A DNA stretch of 63,594 nucleotides from Gekko japonicus (GCF_001447785.1 NW_015174991.1:15331-78924), one strand, 5' to 3'. Shown: positions 26,411 to 39,634, counted from the first letter of the stretch. A program made the numbers and translations. Notes: generated by a model from the sequence alone, not told the origin.

Positions 26411-26548
26411 TGCGCATTACTTAGGGCGTTACTCTCCCCTGGTAGGTTCCGTGACCATCTGCTCTGGTTCCAGTAATCCTCCCAAGCAGATTGTCCTTTG
26501 TGTTGCTTTTTCCATTTTAGTTTGAAGGTTGTTTTGTTAGAAGCTGGA

Positions 26549-26944
<396 letters not shown>

Positions 26945-27532
26945 AGCTCTTGAATGTGGGAGGCTTTAACCTGAGTCCAGCACTTTAGCCCCCACTGGCT
27001 ACAGCTACCAGATTGTTTTTGTCTTGCAAGTGTCCTACCTTGCAAGGGTGACATTATTGATTTGTGGTTCCAGGAGGGCCTGAGAATTTGTCCCATAGTC
27101 TCTGGCTGTCTGGTTAGAGGAAAGGAGCTAGCAGCAGTGCTACCCTGGGGTGTGAGGAGGACTCACACTTTAGCCTTGTTGATTTTCTATGGCTCGATCT
27201 TCCCCCCTTACAAGGGGTCCTGAGCTGGGGGTCCCTTGACAGCACCCTGTGTGGGACCTCTATTAGCATCTGTGATGACTGAAACGTCAAACAGGTTTGG
27301 AAACAAACGACCACCCTTGCTCGAGTGAGATGGGGCTTCTTGTAAAGTCAAATTGGTCTTCAAAGAATGGAAGGCAAATGGATCAAACAGATACAGGCTG
27401 TGCAAAAAAAAAAAGTTAATTTAACATTCTTAGAAATGCTTCTTGGATGTGTAGTTTATTCTGAAAGCCTGGACTCAAAGGACGACAGGGGTTTCTATGA
27501 TTTTTTTTTTAGGAACTAGGTAGAAGACTGGC

Positions 27533-27880
27533 AGGAGCTGCGGTGGCTCAAGTGGTTAAGACGCTGAACTGCAGGCTGTGGAAGGTTATAGTTCAGCAGT
27601 TCGAGACCCGGGTGCTGCATGATGGAGTGAGCTCCTGTCTCTAGTTCCAGCTCCTGCCAACCTAGCAGTTCGAAAGCAAGAAATTGCAAGTAGATAAATA
27701 GGTACCACTTCAGTGGGAAGGGAACAGCGTTCCGTGCGCCTTGGTGTTTAGTCATGCCGGCCACATGACCACGGAAACGTCTTCGGACAGCGCTGGGTCT
27801 CCGGCTTGGAAATGGAGATGAGCACCTCAGCCCTAGAGTCGGACTCGACTGGCTTTCGAGCAAGGGAACCTTTACCTTTT
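27533..27880 (+). mobile_element. Sauria SINE, full length
   Basis: tRNA-like head, Sauria core and ggaacctttaccttt tail. Confidence 0.85.
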
Positions 27881-28509
27881 TAGAAGACTGGCAAGTACAG
27901 TTTTGTCACATTGGGCTGCAAACTGCTGGATTTCATGTCAGGCACCACCACTGGGGTCTGGGGAAGATCCAAGCAAAGATCTTTTCTTGTTTCAGGAAGA
28001 GGGGCTTGGGTCACCCAGAGGAATGCTGCAACACCTCCCTCCTTGCTATATCTGAGCACAGGAGCACCTGAGAGACAAACCAGACCTGGGGAGGGGGATA
28101 CCAGCTTTTGAGAGTCAAAGCTCCGGACTACTTGAATCCAGCTGTTCTTCTCGTTCTGTATTGTGAGCTTCGAGAGAACATCCATTGTTCCGTGAGGCTC
28201 CTTGCAGCTACATTCGGATTGGCTGCCCTTGCTGAGCCGGCCAATCAGGTAACATCAGCTCAAATGACGCCATGCAAATAAGGCTTCCGAGGGCCTATTT
28301 CCCTATTGGTGTATTTGTACTTCGTGGGTGTGTTTTGGGGCTAGGTTTGTGTATATAGTTGTGGCTCGCTGCATGTGTTGTACTTACATTGCTGAATAGA
28401 AAGCTGTGCTGAAATCACGATTGCCTCTTGAACCTGCTATTTAACACTGGCGACAAAGGTGGGATCCGGCTGAATCACCACACTGACTGTGTTTGTTCTT
28501 AATTTAAGA

Positions 28510-29352
28510 ATGGCTGCCGAGGGCCGCTTTGAACCATTTGATGCATCTGCCGAAGACTGGGATTCCTACATCTCCCGGTTCCAGTACTACCTCACCGCCA
28601 AGGGGATCACCGAACCTGAGCGAGTCAGGGCCACGTTCCTCAGCCTTTGTGGGCGCTCCACATTTGAGACCGCCTGGGCCCTGGTGGCACCACAGGACCT
28701 CAAGGAGGTGTCCTTTGCCACAATTGAATCCAAGCTTCGAGACCATTTCTTGCCTCACCCTTCCGAAATCGCTTGCCGGTATGCCTTTTACAAGAGGGAC
28801 CAGGCCCAGGGAGAGACGATCACTGCCTTCCTGACCGCCCTCCAGAAAGCGTCACGCCACTGTGAGTTCTCCAACCTAGAGGAGGCTCTCCGCGATCGTT
28901 TGGTATGCGGCCTCCGAGACAAGAAGCTGCAGCGACGGCTCCTCGTGAAGCGAGACTTGGACTTTAAGACGGCCTACGAGGAGGCCATCGCCGCCGAGGC
29001 AGCTGAACAGTCAGCAAAGGAGATCGGCCGGATGCAGAGTCCACCTCATTCTCGCAAGACCAAGGCCGCTCACCAGGAAAGCCTTGCGGACTTCCCCTCC
29101 ACCAAGGAGGAAGTACGACGCACCCGAGTTGCCAACCGGAAGCGCGAGGGAGCTCAATCCTCCCACCAGACTCCTTGTGCCAGCTGTGGCGGCTCACATC
29201 AGCGAAAATCATGCCGGTTCCGGGATAAACAATGCTGGAACTGTGGAAGATCGGGGCACATCGCACGCGCCTGCCGCTCCGCCCAAGGATGCATCACCAC
29301 AGTCAAGATGCAGGTTACCACCAGTCACATGGAAGGCCTCTGCCTGCTGTGA
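28510..29352 (+). CDS. Gypsy Gag-like ORF (280 aa) with two CCHC zinc knuckles
   Basis: FEPFDASAEDWDSYISRF, LRDRLVCGLRD, CASCGGSHQRKSC and CWNCGRSGHIARAC. Open from the ATG to just past the knuckles; expression unknown. Confidence 0.7.
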   Translation: MAAEGRFEPFDASAEDWDSYISRFQYYLTAKGITEPERVRATFLSLCGRSTFETAWALVAPQDLKEVSFATIESKLRDHFLPHPSEIACRYAFYKRDQAQGETITAFLTALQKASRHCEFSNLEEALRDRLVCGLRDKKLQRRLLVKRDLDFKTAYEEAIAAEAAEQSAKEIGRMQSPPHSRKTKAAHQESLADFPSTKEEVRRTRVANRKREGAQSSHQTPCASCGGSHQRKSCRFRDKQCWNCGRSGHIARACRSAQGCITTVKMQVTTSHMEGLCLL

Positions 29353-29553
29353 AGAGTGTCTCACCTTCTCACTCCGCACCGCTACACCTGCCAAGACCAA
29401 TGCCATTCCTGTCCTGACACTACAGCCACTGACATGCACTAAGATCAAGGTGACGGTCAAGGTCCAGAACGTGCCCTGCGAGATGGAAGTCGACACTGGG
29501 TCTGCACTGTCCCATCATCTCCATGAGTGTGTTGCAGCACATTTGCCCTGAGT

Positions 29554-30008
29554 CATGAGTGGCCAAACATGCTTACCCTAGCAGCCACATAGAATAAATG
29601 TCAGATGTTTGAGAGCCACAAGACATGAACAAATAACAAATAAAGACACGAACAAAAAACAAATAGAGGTCCATCAGTGGCTATAAGCCACAAGGTATAG
29701 ATAGGGACTCAGGGTCTGGGGCAAGTGATGCTCTGTCTTCTTGGTGCTTGGGGGGGGTCAACAGTGGGAGGGCTTCTAGCATCCTGGCCCCACTGGTGGA
29801 CCTCCTGATGCCACTGGTATTTCTGGCCACTGTGTGACAGTGTTGGACTGGATGGGCCTTTGGCCTGATCCAACATTGGCGTCTCTTATGTTCTTATTAC
29901 ACACGTTTTTATTGAAAAAAAATGCATATTTGCTTTTTATTAACTTTAAATTAGACTGTGTGAAAGAGCCACGTGTGGCTCCCGAGCTGCAGTTTGGCCA
30001 CCCCCCTG
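29554..30008. mobile_element. hAT (Charlie-like) MITE containing a CR1 3' fragment (~29666-29895)
   Basis: catgagtggccaaac...gtttggccacccccctg termini with degenerate 8-bp TSD ccctgagt/tcctaagc. Relatives at 52821-53303 and 55113-56172. Confidence 0.65.
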
Positions 30009-31334
30009 TCCTAAGCCGAATGGGTGCTGCCTCGAGCCGTTCGACTTACTCCTGAAGGACTTCCAGGGCCACCAAGTGCTAGTCTTGGGCAACAGCATGT
30101 GCCAGGTCGCATACAAGGACCTCAGTGCCTCACTGTGATGGGTGGTCACGCAAGGCCACTCACCGAGCTTGCTCAGTCTCTTGAACCCACTATTTAACAC
30201 TCCTGCAGACCAAAATGGCTGCCTCCTGAAACTTCCTAGCTGTTTGCTAAGCAGGAGGGAAACTTGCCCCCCCCCACTTACAAAAATACACTTGCACACT
30301 TATGCACCAGTTGGGATGCAGACTTGAATCTGGCTCACCAGCTGCCTCTGCCCAGGGAAAACATCTGAGTGCCAGGATGTAGGGTTGCTGGCGTTTCCTC
30401 CAGGGGAACTGATCTGTGTGATTATGAGATCAGAAGGGAGAATCACGGAAGTACAGATCATAAGCGAAAGCCAAACCATCAGATTCTATTTAGTACACAT
30501 AGAAATATGATTGTTTCACACCCAGAAGGGTCCCATATATTTGTGTTCCATAGACAAATTTCTTGTTGTGCAATATGTATATGGGACGCAAGTATATGGA
30601 ACACTTTTGGATTTGAAAAATCATATTTGTATATGTACTCAATGGAATTTGGATGTTTATGATTTAGTAATTTGGTCCCGGGTGTTGGGTTTTCATTGCA
30701 GTGGTTAGGAGCGTGGACTCTAATCTCAGAGAACCCAGTCTGATTTCCCCACGCCTCCACATGCAGCTGCTGGGTGGCCTTGGGTCAGTTACGAGTTCTT
30801 TTAGAACTGTTCTCCCAAGAGCAGTTCTCGAAAGAGCTCTCTCAGCCCCACCTACCTCACAGGGTGCTCTTGTGGGGTGGGGAAAGGGATTGTAAGCCAC
30901 TTTGAGACTCCTTCGGATAATGAAGGGTGGGATATAAATCCAGTCTCTTCTCTCTTTTCTCTCTTTATGATGGTTATGAGAAATGTCAGAATTGTGGGAG
31001 AGAGCACTCCAGGCCTCCCCTGGAGTCTGACAACCCAAGCCAGAAATGCAGAGTGAAGAAGGGGTCCATGAAACAAACCAGTGATTTCACCAAGAGTAAG
31101 GAAGTAGTAGCCCAGCCACGAGACTGGGGATCCAGAGACCGATTACTTAAGTTTGGGGGCTGAAAGGAGGTTCTTATGCACCTTTAGTTGCGTTAAAGGG
31201 GAGACAGGTTCCCTGCTGATATAGGAGTAAATCCATTCTTGAATCCTACTAGAAGGTCTGAATTTTAGGGAAGTGGAAGTTCATGTGCGCAGTGGAAGTC
31301 CAAATATGGGCTTGCAATGGAGGGTCAGGGCCAA

Positions 31335-31754
31335 GGCGCCCTCTAAGCTGTGGAGTCTGGTGAGCAAAGATTCTACCTTGTGAGCTACTGGTAATAAAGT
31401 TGTGAGCGAGCGACCTGGCTGCTGCATACATTAGTTTGCTCTGGAGCCATCCTTCCTGAGCTAGGACAAGAATGTGTCAGCCGGAGGCTCAAAAACTGAG
31501 CTAGCTCACACTAACTCAGCTTAGAAGGAACACTGGGGACTCAGGGCCAGTGTTCCCTCTAAGCTGAGTTAGTGTGAGCTAGCTCACAGTTTTTTAGCCT
31601 CTGGCTCACACGTTTTTGTCTTCGCTCAGGAAGGATGGCTCCAGAGCGAACTAATTTAATGCAGTAGCCAAATCAATGGCTCACAGCTTTAATGCCAGTA
31701 GCTCACAAAGTAGAATTTTTGCTCACAAGACTCCACAGCTTAGAGGGAACATTG
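31335..31754. mobile_element. Two adjacent inverted ~205-bp hAT-type MITEs
   Basis: Copies at about 31335-31535 and 31547-31754 in opposite orientation, about 11 bp apart. Confidence 0.8.
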
Positions 31755-33789
31755 CTCGGGGCCCTGGCTTGGCTGTCCCAGGCTAGCCTGATCAGACCTC
31801 AGAAGCCAAGCAGAGTCAGCCCTGGCCAGTAGTTGGACAGGGAACCACCAAGGAAGATCCAGGGTTGCTACACAGAGGCAGGCCATGGCAAACCACCTCT
31901 GAACGTCCCTTGCCTTGGAAACCCTACAGGGTGGCCCCAAATCAGCTGTGACTGAAGGACACTTTCTATCTCCACTCCCAAGGCAGAGGGAGAAGGTCCA
32001 TCTAGATAGCAGAGGTGGGTGATCAAATTAGTGGGGCACTGGCCAGCTCAGGTCTGCTGGACAAAGGCTGGGTATTGGCTTGATGGCCCTCCCTGGGTTT
32101 GTGATTGAATTCCCTGAGTGTCAAGCCTGACTAACAAAGGCTAGGAGATAGCCCGCGGCCCTGGGCACACCCTTGATAAGGTTTCCAGGGAACTCGGTAT
32201 TGTCAGGCAGGTTCCGTCATGGTCTTAGGAGGTCAGTTATTGTTCAGCAGACCTTGAACCTTAAACATGGCCTGAAGTGTGATCAGCTCTTAAGAAGCCA
32301 AATAATAGAACTCTTGTCAAAGGGGAAGTATCCAGGTTCCCCTTCCCAGTGAGTGACTCAGCTTCTCTATTGCCTGCAGGCTGATCTCAGTTTGAATATC
32401 AAACATGGATTCCCTGTTGCAATCAGTGTTCCCTCTAATCTGAGTTAGTGTGAGCTAGCTCCCAGTCTTTTAGCCTCCGGCTCACACATTTTTGTCTTGG
32501 CTCAGGAAGGATGGCTCCAGAACAAACGAATTTATGCAGTAGCCAAACCGCCCACTCACAACTTTAGTGCCAGTAGCTCACAAAGTAGAATTTTTGCCCA
32601 CAAGACTTCACACTGAAGAGAAGAAGAGATTGGATTTATACCCCACCCTTCACTTGGAGTCTCAAAGTGGCTTACAAACTCCTTTCCCTTCCCCTCCCCA
32701 CAACAGACACCCTGTGAGGTAGGTGGGGCTGAGGGCGCTTTTCCCAGAGCTGTCCCTGAGAGAACAGCTCTGACCAGAACTACGGCTTGCCCAAGGTCAT
32801 CCAGCCAGGTGCAAGTGGAAGAGTGGGGAATCAAACCTGGTTCTCCCAGATTAGAGTCCACGCACTTAACCACTACACCAAACTGGAGCATTGATTGCCA
32901 TCTCAGATAGCCTATGGCCTGAAAAGACATGAAGGGTGCCCCCCAAAAACATGGCTCCTAACTCCCCACAGGCCTGGAGAGAAAACGCCATGTCCCTTTA
33001 ATAGAGCGGAAATGGGCACCTGAAACTTTTATACACAGATAGGGCTGCCATATAGTGAATAAGCACCAGGAGTCCATCAAAGTCAATGTTGTCTGTTCCA
33101 CGAGCTGTGTTCAGAAAAACAAGCTGTCTCCTCTGCCAGGAACTATTTGATTTTGCTGTCTTCCCTTCCCCCCTGCCGGTGAGTGTTACATCGCGGGCAT
33201 CCTGGAAAGCTGTGTTTTTGCATTTGGCTTGCTCTGAGCTGAAACGTTTTGCGCCTGCAATTTCAAAACGCATATAGACTGTGGTATGAAACTGAAACGT
33301 TTTGCACCTGCAATTTTAAAACACATATGAAATGATTCAAATCGATGTTGAACATCTCAAATATTTCTTTCTAAGGTTACCCATATCTTTTTACTGTTGT
33401 CCAGACCTTTTAAAAAACTTTCTGGCATTTAGAGAGATTTAAGTAAGACTCTCCTTTTTCCTCCCCTTTTCTGATATGTAAGTGCTGGGGTTTTTTCCTG
33501 GGAGGGGGGAGAATATATTATTAAAGTTTTAAAATAAAGGGGGAAAAGTCAACATTGTCTGCTCAGACTGGCAGCCTCAGTCTCGCCTCCCTCATAGGGT
33601 TGTTGTAAGGAGGAAATGGAGGAGGGCACAGCTGCGGACCTTGCTTTCTACTCCTGGAAGTAAAATTTAGATAAAAATGTAGCACAGGGTGGGGGTAAAG
33701 TACCAGTTCAGCTGTGATCTAGCAGAAAAGCAGGTAGGGACTGAACCCAATTCCTAAGGGTAATAAGGAAGCAAAGGGACTCCCGAGTC

Positions 33790-33960
33790 CCTCGGTCTTT
33801 ACTCACAGGGCTTGGTCTCCAGGTCCCTGATCACTCTCGGTCTTTACTCACAGGGCTTGGTCTCCAGGTCCTTGATCACTCTCGGTCTTTACTCACAGGG
33901 CTTGGTCTCCAGGTCTCTGATCACTCTTGTCGCTCTCTTCTGCACCTGCTCCAGTCTGTT
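33790..33960 (-). repeat. ~43-bp tandem repeat (x3) in a CR1 fragment
   Basis: ctcggtctttactcacagggcttggtctccaggtc..tgatcact repeated. Confidence 0.8.
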
Positions 33961-36900
33961 CACTTCCCTTCTGAACTGAGTCCTCCTGATTATTTGCAAT
34001 TTCTTCACAGGTGAGAAATGCAGGTTGTAGGTGGGGGAAGTCTAGTTCACATAGCTGAATCCCAAGCTGAATCATCGAATCAAAGAATGTTAGAGTTGGA
34101 AGGGACCTTGCAGGTCATCTAGTCCAACCCCCTGCACTCTGCAGGAGCATAATGATGTTTGCTGTGACTCTCTTGGAGGCTGAACTTCTAGAGACGTCTA
34201 GGAGCAGGCTCAGAGCTGAAGCACTCACTACAGTGCATGTCAGATTACAGTTTATATATGTTTATATATGGAATCTCTAAAATCTCCCCCAAAGGCAGAG
34301 CAGGGACAAGGGTCTATTAGGGCCAGGAATCAAAAATGAGGGAAGCTGGTGCACACAGTATGTATCTGGCGTAAACTGTCTGGCTGCATATCCAGAGAAC
34401 CTCTTCCTCCCCCAGTGGAACGGTAAGAATAGAAAGGTTCTAAATAGATTCAGGAAGGTTCCGCCCTTTTCAGCTTTCCAAAGCAAGAAGCAGTCGTTCC
34501 CTAGCCTGCAATTATCTGGTCCCTGCTGAATCTCGGGTTGGAAACAAGAGGCGTCTCCCGCTGGGGAAGAGCCTGTGTGTTTTTTAAATTAGTTTGCTGT
34601 TTCTTCCACGGGCAGGAAATGCAGTTGGTAGGCGGGAGAGGCCCACTTCAAACTGTTGCTGAGGTCTTACGCCAATCAGAAAGCAGCTCCTTCCCCCAGC
34701 TACCAATCAGGCGGCTCCTTGGCCTGCAGGGTAACTTCACCTGAATTCCAGTAACAGGCAAGTCCCTGCTTATTTAGAGACAAGCAATTAGTCCCTATCC
34801 ACCTCTCTCCTAAGCTCCCGGGGCCTGCTCCAAAACATAGGCCACATGGGCCTGCTTATCCTCCCCTGCTGTGGATGCCCAGCTCACCGAGTAAGGCAGC
34901 ATCTGTTTCAGAGATGCAGGGGAGCTCTGTGTACCCTCAGAGAGATTCTACCAGAAGCAGCTGAATTGTGTGGAAAAGCGTAGCTTTGTGTGTGTGAGAG
35001 AGAGAAGGGCTGTCCAGTCACTTCTGACTTTATAGGAGACCCTTGTCCCGGTCAGGGGAGCGTGGCAGTTTGGCCTGGAGCAAAATAACGCGCGGCCACC
35101 CGATCACACGTCCCGTCGAGGTCCCGTGGGTAGGGGCGAGGTGGCGATCACACGATGATCCTGCAGCGCGGCAAAGAAGCGGCGCGGTGCGATCTCACCA
35201 ACAGCATGCACGATTCTGCGGAGCAACGGAACGTTCACTTTCCTCTTTGTGCGCATGCACCGTTGGGTGCTTGTGTGCATCCTGTGGAGACTTGGGGGGA
35301 AAAACCTGTTTGTGATGGGACATGGGCGGGCGCCGAATGCCACGGACTACCACCGGAAACGCGATCAGACACCAGCCCTTGCCCTGGTTTCTGGAAACCA
35401 GTACCTCAGAGGTACTAGTTTTTAACTCCGCATCTTTGGCGGGAAGCCTCGGGTTCGCCATGGGAGCTCTACACTTCCCAGAAGTTGCGGTGTGATCGCG
35501 CTCGGAAAATCTGCCTATCACCCGTCTCAGTAGCGTGGCTAATGCTCCATGTGACTGCAGCCCCTATAGATTAATGAACCTGACCTGGATAGCCCAGGCT
35601 AGCCTGACCTCATCAGTTCTCAGAAGCTAAGCAGGGTCAACCCAGGCTAGTATTTGGATGGGAGACCACCAAGGAACACCAGGGTTGCTAGGCGGAGGAA
35701 GGCAATGGCAAACCACCTCTTAAAATCTCTTGCCTTGAAAACCCTGTAGGGCTGCCATAAGTTGGCTGCAATTTGATGGCGCTTTACATGTGCGTACACA
35801 CAGACACACACAGAGGTCTCATATCCTGCAATCTGCACACAACTTTTAAGCTCATGGCTCTGACCTGGATAGTCCAGTCCAGCCTGATCTTGTCAGATCT
35901 TGGAAGACCTAATATTAACAGCCTGTGCTGGCCGTTGGAAAGACACTGAAAGACAACTACAGAAGATCTGCGAGCCGGCTCAGGAAGAGAGAGTCGATGG
36001 TAGCCAGCTGAGACTCTATAACAGCAAATCTAGCACATTATGGTATTCTAGAATGGTAATCTGATTTTAATACTGTTTTAAATGATCTATGGTATTTTAA
36101 ATGTTCGTTGCTGATTTTATGTAAGCCGCCCTGTCTGGGAGGGTGGGATATAAATTTGAATTAATGAATAAGCAGGGTTGGCCCTGGCTAGTATTTGAAT
36201 GGGAGGCCATCAATGAAGTCCAGGGTTGTGGTGCAGAAGCAGGCCATGGCAAACCACCTCTGAAAGTCTCTTGCTGGGAGGGTGGGGTATAAATTTGAAT
36301 GAATGAATGAATGAATGAATGAGCATGGTTGGCCCTGGCTAGTATTTGAATGGGAGGCCATCAATGAAGTCCAGGGTTGTGGCGCAGAGGCAGGCCATGG
36401 CACTTTCCACCACCACCACGATGAATGAATGACTCCCCAAAGTCCTGTTGTTCACAGCCTTGCTGAGGTCTTGCAGGGCCCTCGGGGCTTCCTTGACCTT
36501 GGGTCCTTCTCTTTTCCTGCTGCCTTCAACATTTCCTGGCATTATTGTCTTTTCCATGGAAGAATCGCTATCCTTCCCATATCTGGGGCAGTGGATCTAG
36601 TGAGCAAGAAGCTACAATTTTCGTAGCTCAGACAAAACAGAAGGGGCTACCAATTTTTAAAAAGGGACTGGGCAAATTAACAAGGCAATCCACCACTGCT
36701 CCTGATCACAACTGGTCGCAGAAGAATTCAGACTCCTAAGCAAGAGGCAATGATATCATAGTCAGGAATGCTTCAATTTTAGGAGAATCCTAGCATGGAA
36801 AAACACCCCCCCCCCATTTCTTTAAATTAGTCTGGAGCAGGAAGTGACAAAAACTCTCTAGCTTGCTTTGCTGAAGCTCTTTCTCAGGGGGTTCTTAGTT

Positions 36901-37357
36901 TATAGGAGTGCAGAGAAGAAGTTTACAATCTCCTTCCTCTCCCCACAACAGACACACTGTGAGGTAGGTGGGGCTGAGAGAGCTCTTTCGAGAACTGCTC
37001 TTGAGAGAACAACTCTGAGAGAACCGTGACTGATCCGAGGTTGCACCAGCAGCTGCATGTGGAGGAGTGGGGAAATCAAACCCAGTTCTTCCAGATTAGA
37101 GTCCACTGCTCTAAACCACTGCATCAAACTGGCTCTGTGCTGAACTAAATGGGCCACTATCAAATTCAGAATAGCTCCAGAAACCAGGTGCTCAACCCAG
37201 AACTATTTGACTACTCTCAAGGAATTTATAGTGATTTGGGGTTGCTAGGGCCAGAACCTAAAGGATACTCCAAAAGAAGTCTTAACTGCTTAAACCCAAG
37301 AATTCCAAACAAGCAAAACACTGTAAAAGACCTAAAAATACTTCACAAGAAAGCACG

Positions 37358-39057
37358 ATTTTGCCTAGTAAGGCTCTCTGAACACTCTCCTCCCTAGTAA
37401 GGTATGAATTCAGCAGCGCCTTAAGAGACCAATAAGAGTTTCAGGGTCAATCTCTAAGATGTTCCTGGACTCAAATCTTAACTGTTGTACTGCAAACCAA
37501 CATGTCCTCTCTCCGAAGCTTAGCTTACCCTGCTTTTGAAACACAGCCTTTTCTCTCTCTAGAGCTGGGGGGTCAGTTGGGAGAAGTTGGGGTTTTTTTG
37601 GCACAAGACCACACAACTTTCTCAGCCTAACCTATCTCACATAGTGCTTACATGGATAGGCCCCAGGTAAAACCAACTAGACAAACCATGCTTATCCCCT
37701 TATGAAAATGCTGAAGGACTTTGAGAGTTTTGTAGAAGTGATGTGAAGCAGGGACCATTCTGGTCATGATTTTTGCTACACCGAGGGGCAGAGGAATGGC
37801 GATGCGGAACAAAATAGATCTTGCTCACCAGCTTCCCCAAGTGCCTGCATTGTCTTGTTGTGTGTGAACCATTATCCATCTAGGGTTCTCAAGGCAATAA
37901 GAAAAGGGAGCAGGTTGCCTGCCCCCTCCTCTGCATGGCAACCCTGGTATTCCTTGGAGGTCTCCCGTCTGGACAGGGCAGACCCCAGATTGGTCTTGCC
38001 TGCCCCAGATTGGTCTCGCCTGGGCTACCCAGGTCAGGGTTTTGCATTTCCTTACCAAACCCAGAATTTTCCTGATCTAGTAAAATAATTAGTATTACTT
38101 AAATATACATTATGCCTCTGTCTATGGTATGTATAGTAATTTTACAGCTTTAAGAGACATCCAGCTAGGATCATGATGGAAAATGTGATTCCAGCTCATC
38201 CCATTTTGCCTAGTAAGGCTCTCTGAACACTCCTCCCCAGCAAGATATGAGTTCAGCAGCACCTTAAGAGACCAACAAGAGTTTCAGGGTCAGTCTCTAA
38301 GATGCTCTTGGACTCAAATCTTAACTGTTGTACTGCAAACCAATATGCCCTCTCTCCGAAGCTTAGCAGCCTTTCAGTATAGCTTACCCTGCTTTTGAAA
38401 CACAACCTTTTCTCTCTCTAGAGCTGGGGGGTCAGTTGGGAGAAGTTGGGGTTTTTTTGGCACAAGACCACACAACTTTCTCAGCCTAACCTATCTCACA
38501 TGGTGTTTACATGGATAGGCCCCAGGTAAAACCAACTAGACAAACTATGCTTATCCCCTTATGAAAATGCAGGAGGCTCTTGCTGAAGGCCTTTGAGAGT
38601 TTTGTAGAAGTGATGTGAAGCAGGGACCATTCTGCTCATGATTTTTTTTACACCGAGGGGCAGAGGAATCGTGATGCGGAACAAAATAGATCGTGCTCAC
38701 CAGCTTCCCCCAGTGCCTGCATTTTCTTGTTGTGTATGAACCATTATCCATCTAGGGTTCTCAAGGCAAGAGAAGAAAAGGGAGCAGGTTGCCTGACCCT
38801 TCCTCTGCATGGCAACCCTGGTATTCCTTGGAGGTCTCCCGTCTGGACAGGGCAGACCCCAGATTGGTCTTGCCTGGGCTACTCAGGTCAGGGTTTTGCA
38901 TTTCCTTACCAAACTCAGAATTTTCCCGATCTAGTAAGATAAGCAGTATTACTTAAATATACATTATGCCTGTCTATGGTATGTATACTAGTTATTTTAC
39001 AGCTTTAAGAGACATCCAGCTAGGATCATGATGGAAAATGTGATTCCAGCTCATCCC
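37358..39057. repeat. Direct tandem duplication, ~850-bp units (37358-38202 and 38203-39057)
   Basis: Both units start attttgcctagtaaggctctctg and end gattccagctcatccc, with scattered substitutions and indels. Confidence 0.92.
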
Positions 39058-39160
39058 TGTACTATGTGCTTCCTGTTTGGCAGCCCAGCAGTACCAACAT
39101 ATTATTTTCTCACTAAGAAAAAGGTAACATGTAACAGCTCTTTTTTCGAGGTTTGTGGGT

Positions 39161-39176
39161 GGCCCTTAAAAGAGCC
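39161..39176 (-). terminator. Histone 3' stem-loop (H3)
   Basis: GGCTCTTTTAAGGGCC-ACCCA (one U.G pair), then aaaagagctg. Confidence 0.93.
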
Positions 39177-39214
39177 TTTGGGTTATTTTGTTGCTCAACG
39201 CCGGCTGAGGGAAA

Positions 39215-39634
<420 letters not shown>

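Larger units (their letters stand above)
28203..30199 (+). mobile_element. Ty3/Gypsy (Mag-type) LTR retrotransposon, internally deleted
   Basis: 5' LTR about 28203-28446 ending ttaaca; PBS tggcgacaaaggtgggat (28448-28465) resembling the tRNA-Ser(GCU) 3' complement; gag; protease MEVDTGSALS continuing after a MITE (LKDFQG...VLG...PSLL); 22-nt 3' LTR remnant at 30178-30199; 5-bp TSD ctcct (28198-28202 and 30200-30204). Confidence 0.8.
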
